Part shown: one piece after another, positions 63,520 to 64,000 of the stretch | Position numbering within the stretch: position 1 is the stretch's first letter | Layout: each line of letters starts with the position of its first letter | Assembly (NCBI GenBank): GCA_963758695.1 | Contig: CAVWWM010000010.1 | Span: 35,350 to 99,349, forward strand | Reading direction: 5' to 3' | Origin: an uncultured Actinomycetes bacterium | GTDB taxonomy: Bacteria > Actinomycetota > Acidimicrobiia > Spongiisociales > DATADW01 | DNA length: 64,000 bases | The notes under the pieces: model-generated | The model's input: the letters and a program-made list of their open reading frames with translations, nothing else | What the model was told of the DNA's origin: nothing | Database searches by the model: none | Program-made: the position numbers and the translations under genes

Positions 63520-64000
63520 CTAGCTGGCGGGCATCACCGCCAGTAGCGTCCCGGTCCGAAGCCGCACCGAGGCGACGGGCAGGAGGAACTCGTTGCTCAC
63601 TCCCCAAGTGGACCCGGGTTCGATGGTGGCGTCGTCCAACTCCCAGCGCAGCCCCTCGGTGGTTACTCCCTCGGCGGCGCCGTGGAAAGGAATGAGGGAG
63701 ACCAACCCGCCGACCGAGCCGTGGAGCCGGTTTGCACTGTGTATGACCATCGATCTCGCCCCAGCGACAAGCCACTCGATCTCGATCCCGGCATGCGCCG
63801 GGGCCGTCAACAGGTGGGCGTTGCCCAGCGTGTGATCGAGTCGGCCCCCGCGTCCGCCAACCACTACGACGCGGTCGGCTTCGGCGCGGTGAGCCGCTCC
63901 CAAGGCGAGTTCGAGGTCCGTGGAGTCCTTGTCTTGGGGATGGCGCTCGACCGCCGCCCCGGGCATCGATGCCAACGCTTCGGGCGACACCGAGTCGAAG
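63520..64000 (-). CDS. Thiamine pyrophosphokinase, 3' part
   Basis: DKDSTDLELAL, GGRLDHTLGN, VSLIP, GLRWEL, GVSNE. Confidence 0.92.
   Translation of the reverse strand, partial: FDSVSPEALASMPGAAVERHPQDKDSTDLELALGAAHRAEADRVVVVGGRGGRLDHTLGNAHLLTAPAHAGIEIEWLVAGARSMVIHSANRLHGSVGGLVSLIPFHGAAEGVTTEGLRWELDDATIEPGSTWGVSNEFLLPVASVRLRTGTLLAVMPAS

Overview
High-GC actinobacterial chromosome segment, probably Acidimicrobiia-like (InhA-type FabI, AdnAB, F420-dependent PPOX protein, many leaderless genes). Many genes are split by single-base indels, which fits an unpolished long-read assembly. Gene content is mostly housekeeping: a DNA-repair cluster (solo RecB-family nuclease, Lon, AdnAB), lipid genes, ABC transporters, a MoxR/VWA operon, a two-component system with a GerMN lipoprotein, malQ, ppk2, nhaA, LigD-Pol, DUF72 and an S9 peptidase. 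I found no rRNA, tRNA, CRISPR array or transposase. The most notable signals are non-coding. (1) Two related, highly structured ~155-nt RNA candidates on the minus strand (about 2590-2743 and 3392-3547) bracket a Nudix gene and show compensatory base changes between copies. (2) Three or four RecA-NDp/PafBC-type promoters, one driving an unannotated 42-aa CxxC peptide with a LexA-like box and a C-terminal LAA tail just upstream of adnAB. (3) An ECF-type promoter motif shared by two distant secreted-protein genes. (4) Several REP-like intergenic repeat families. All calls were made by eye; no searches or folding programs were run.
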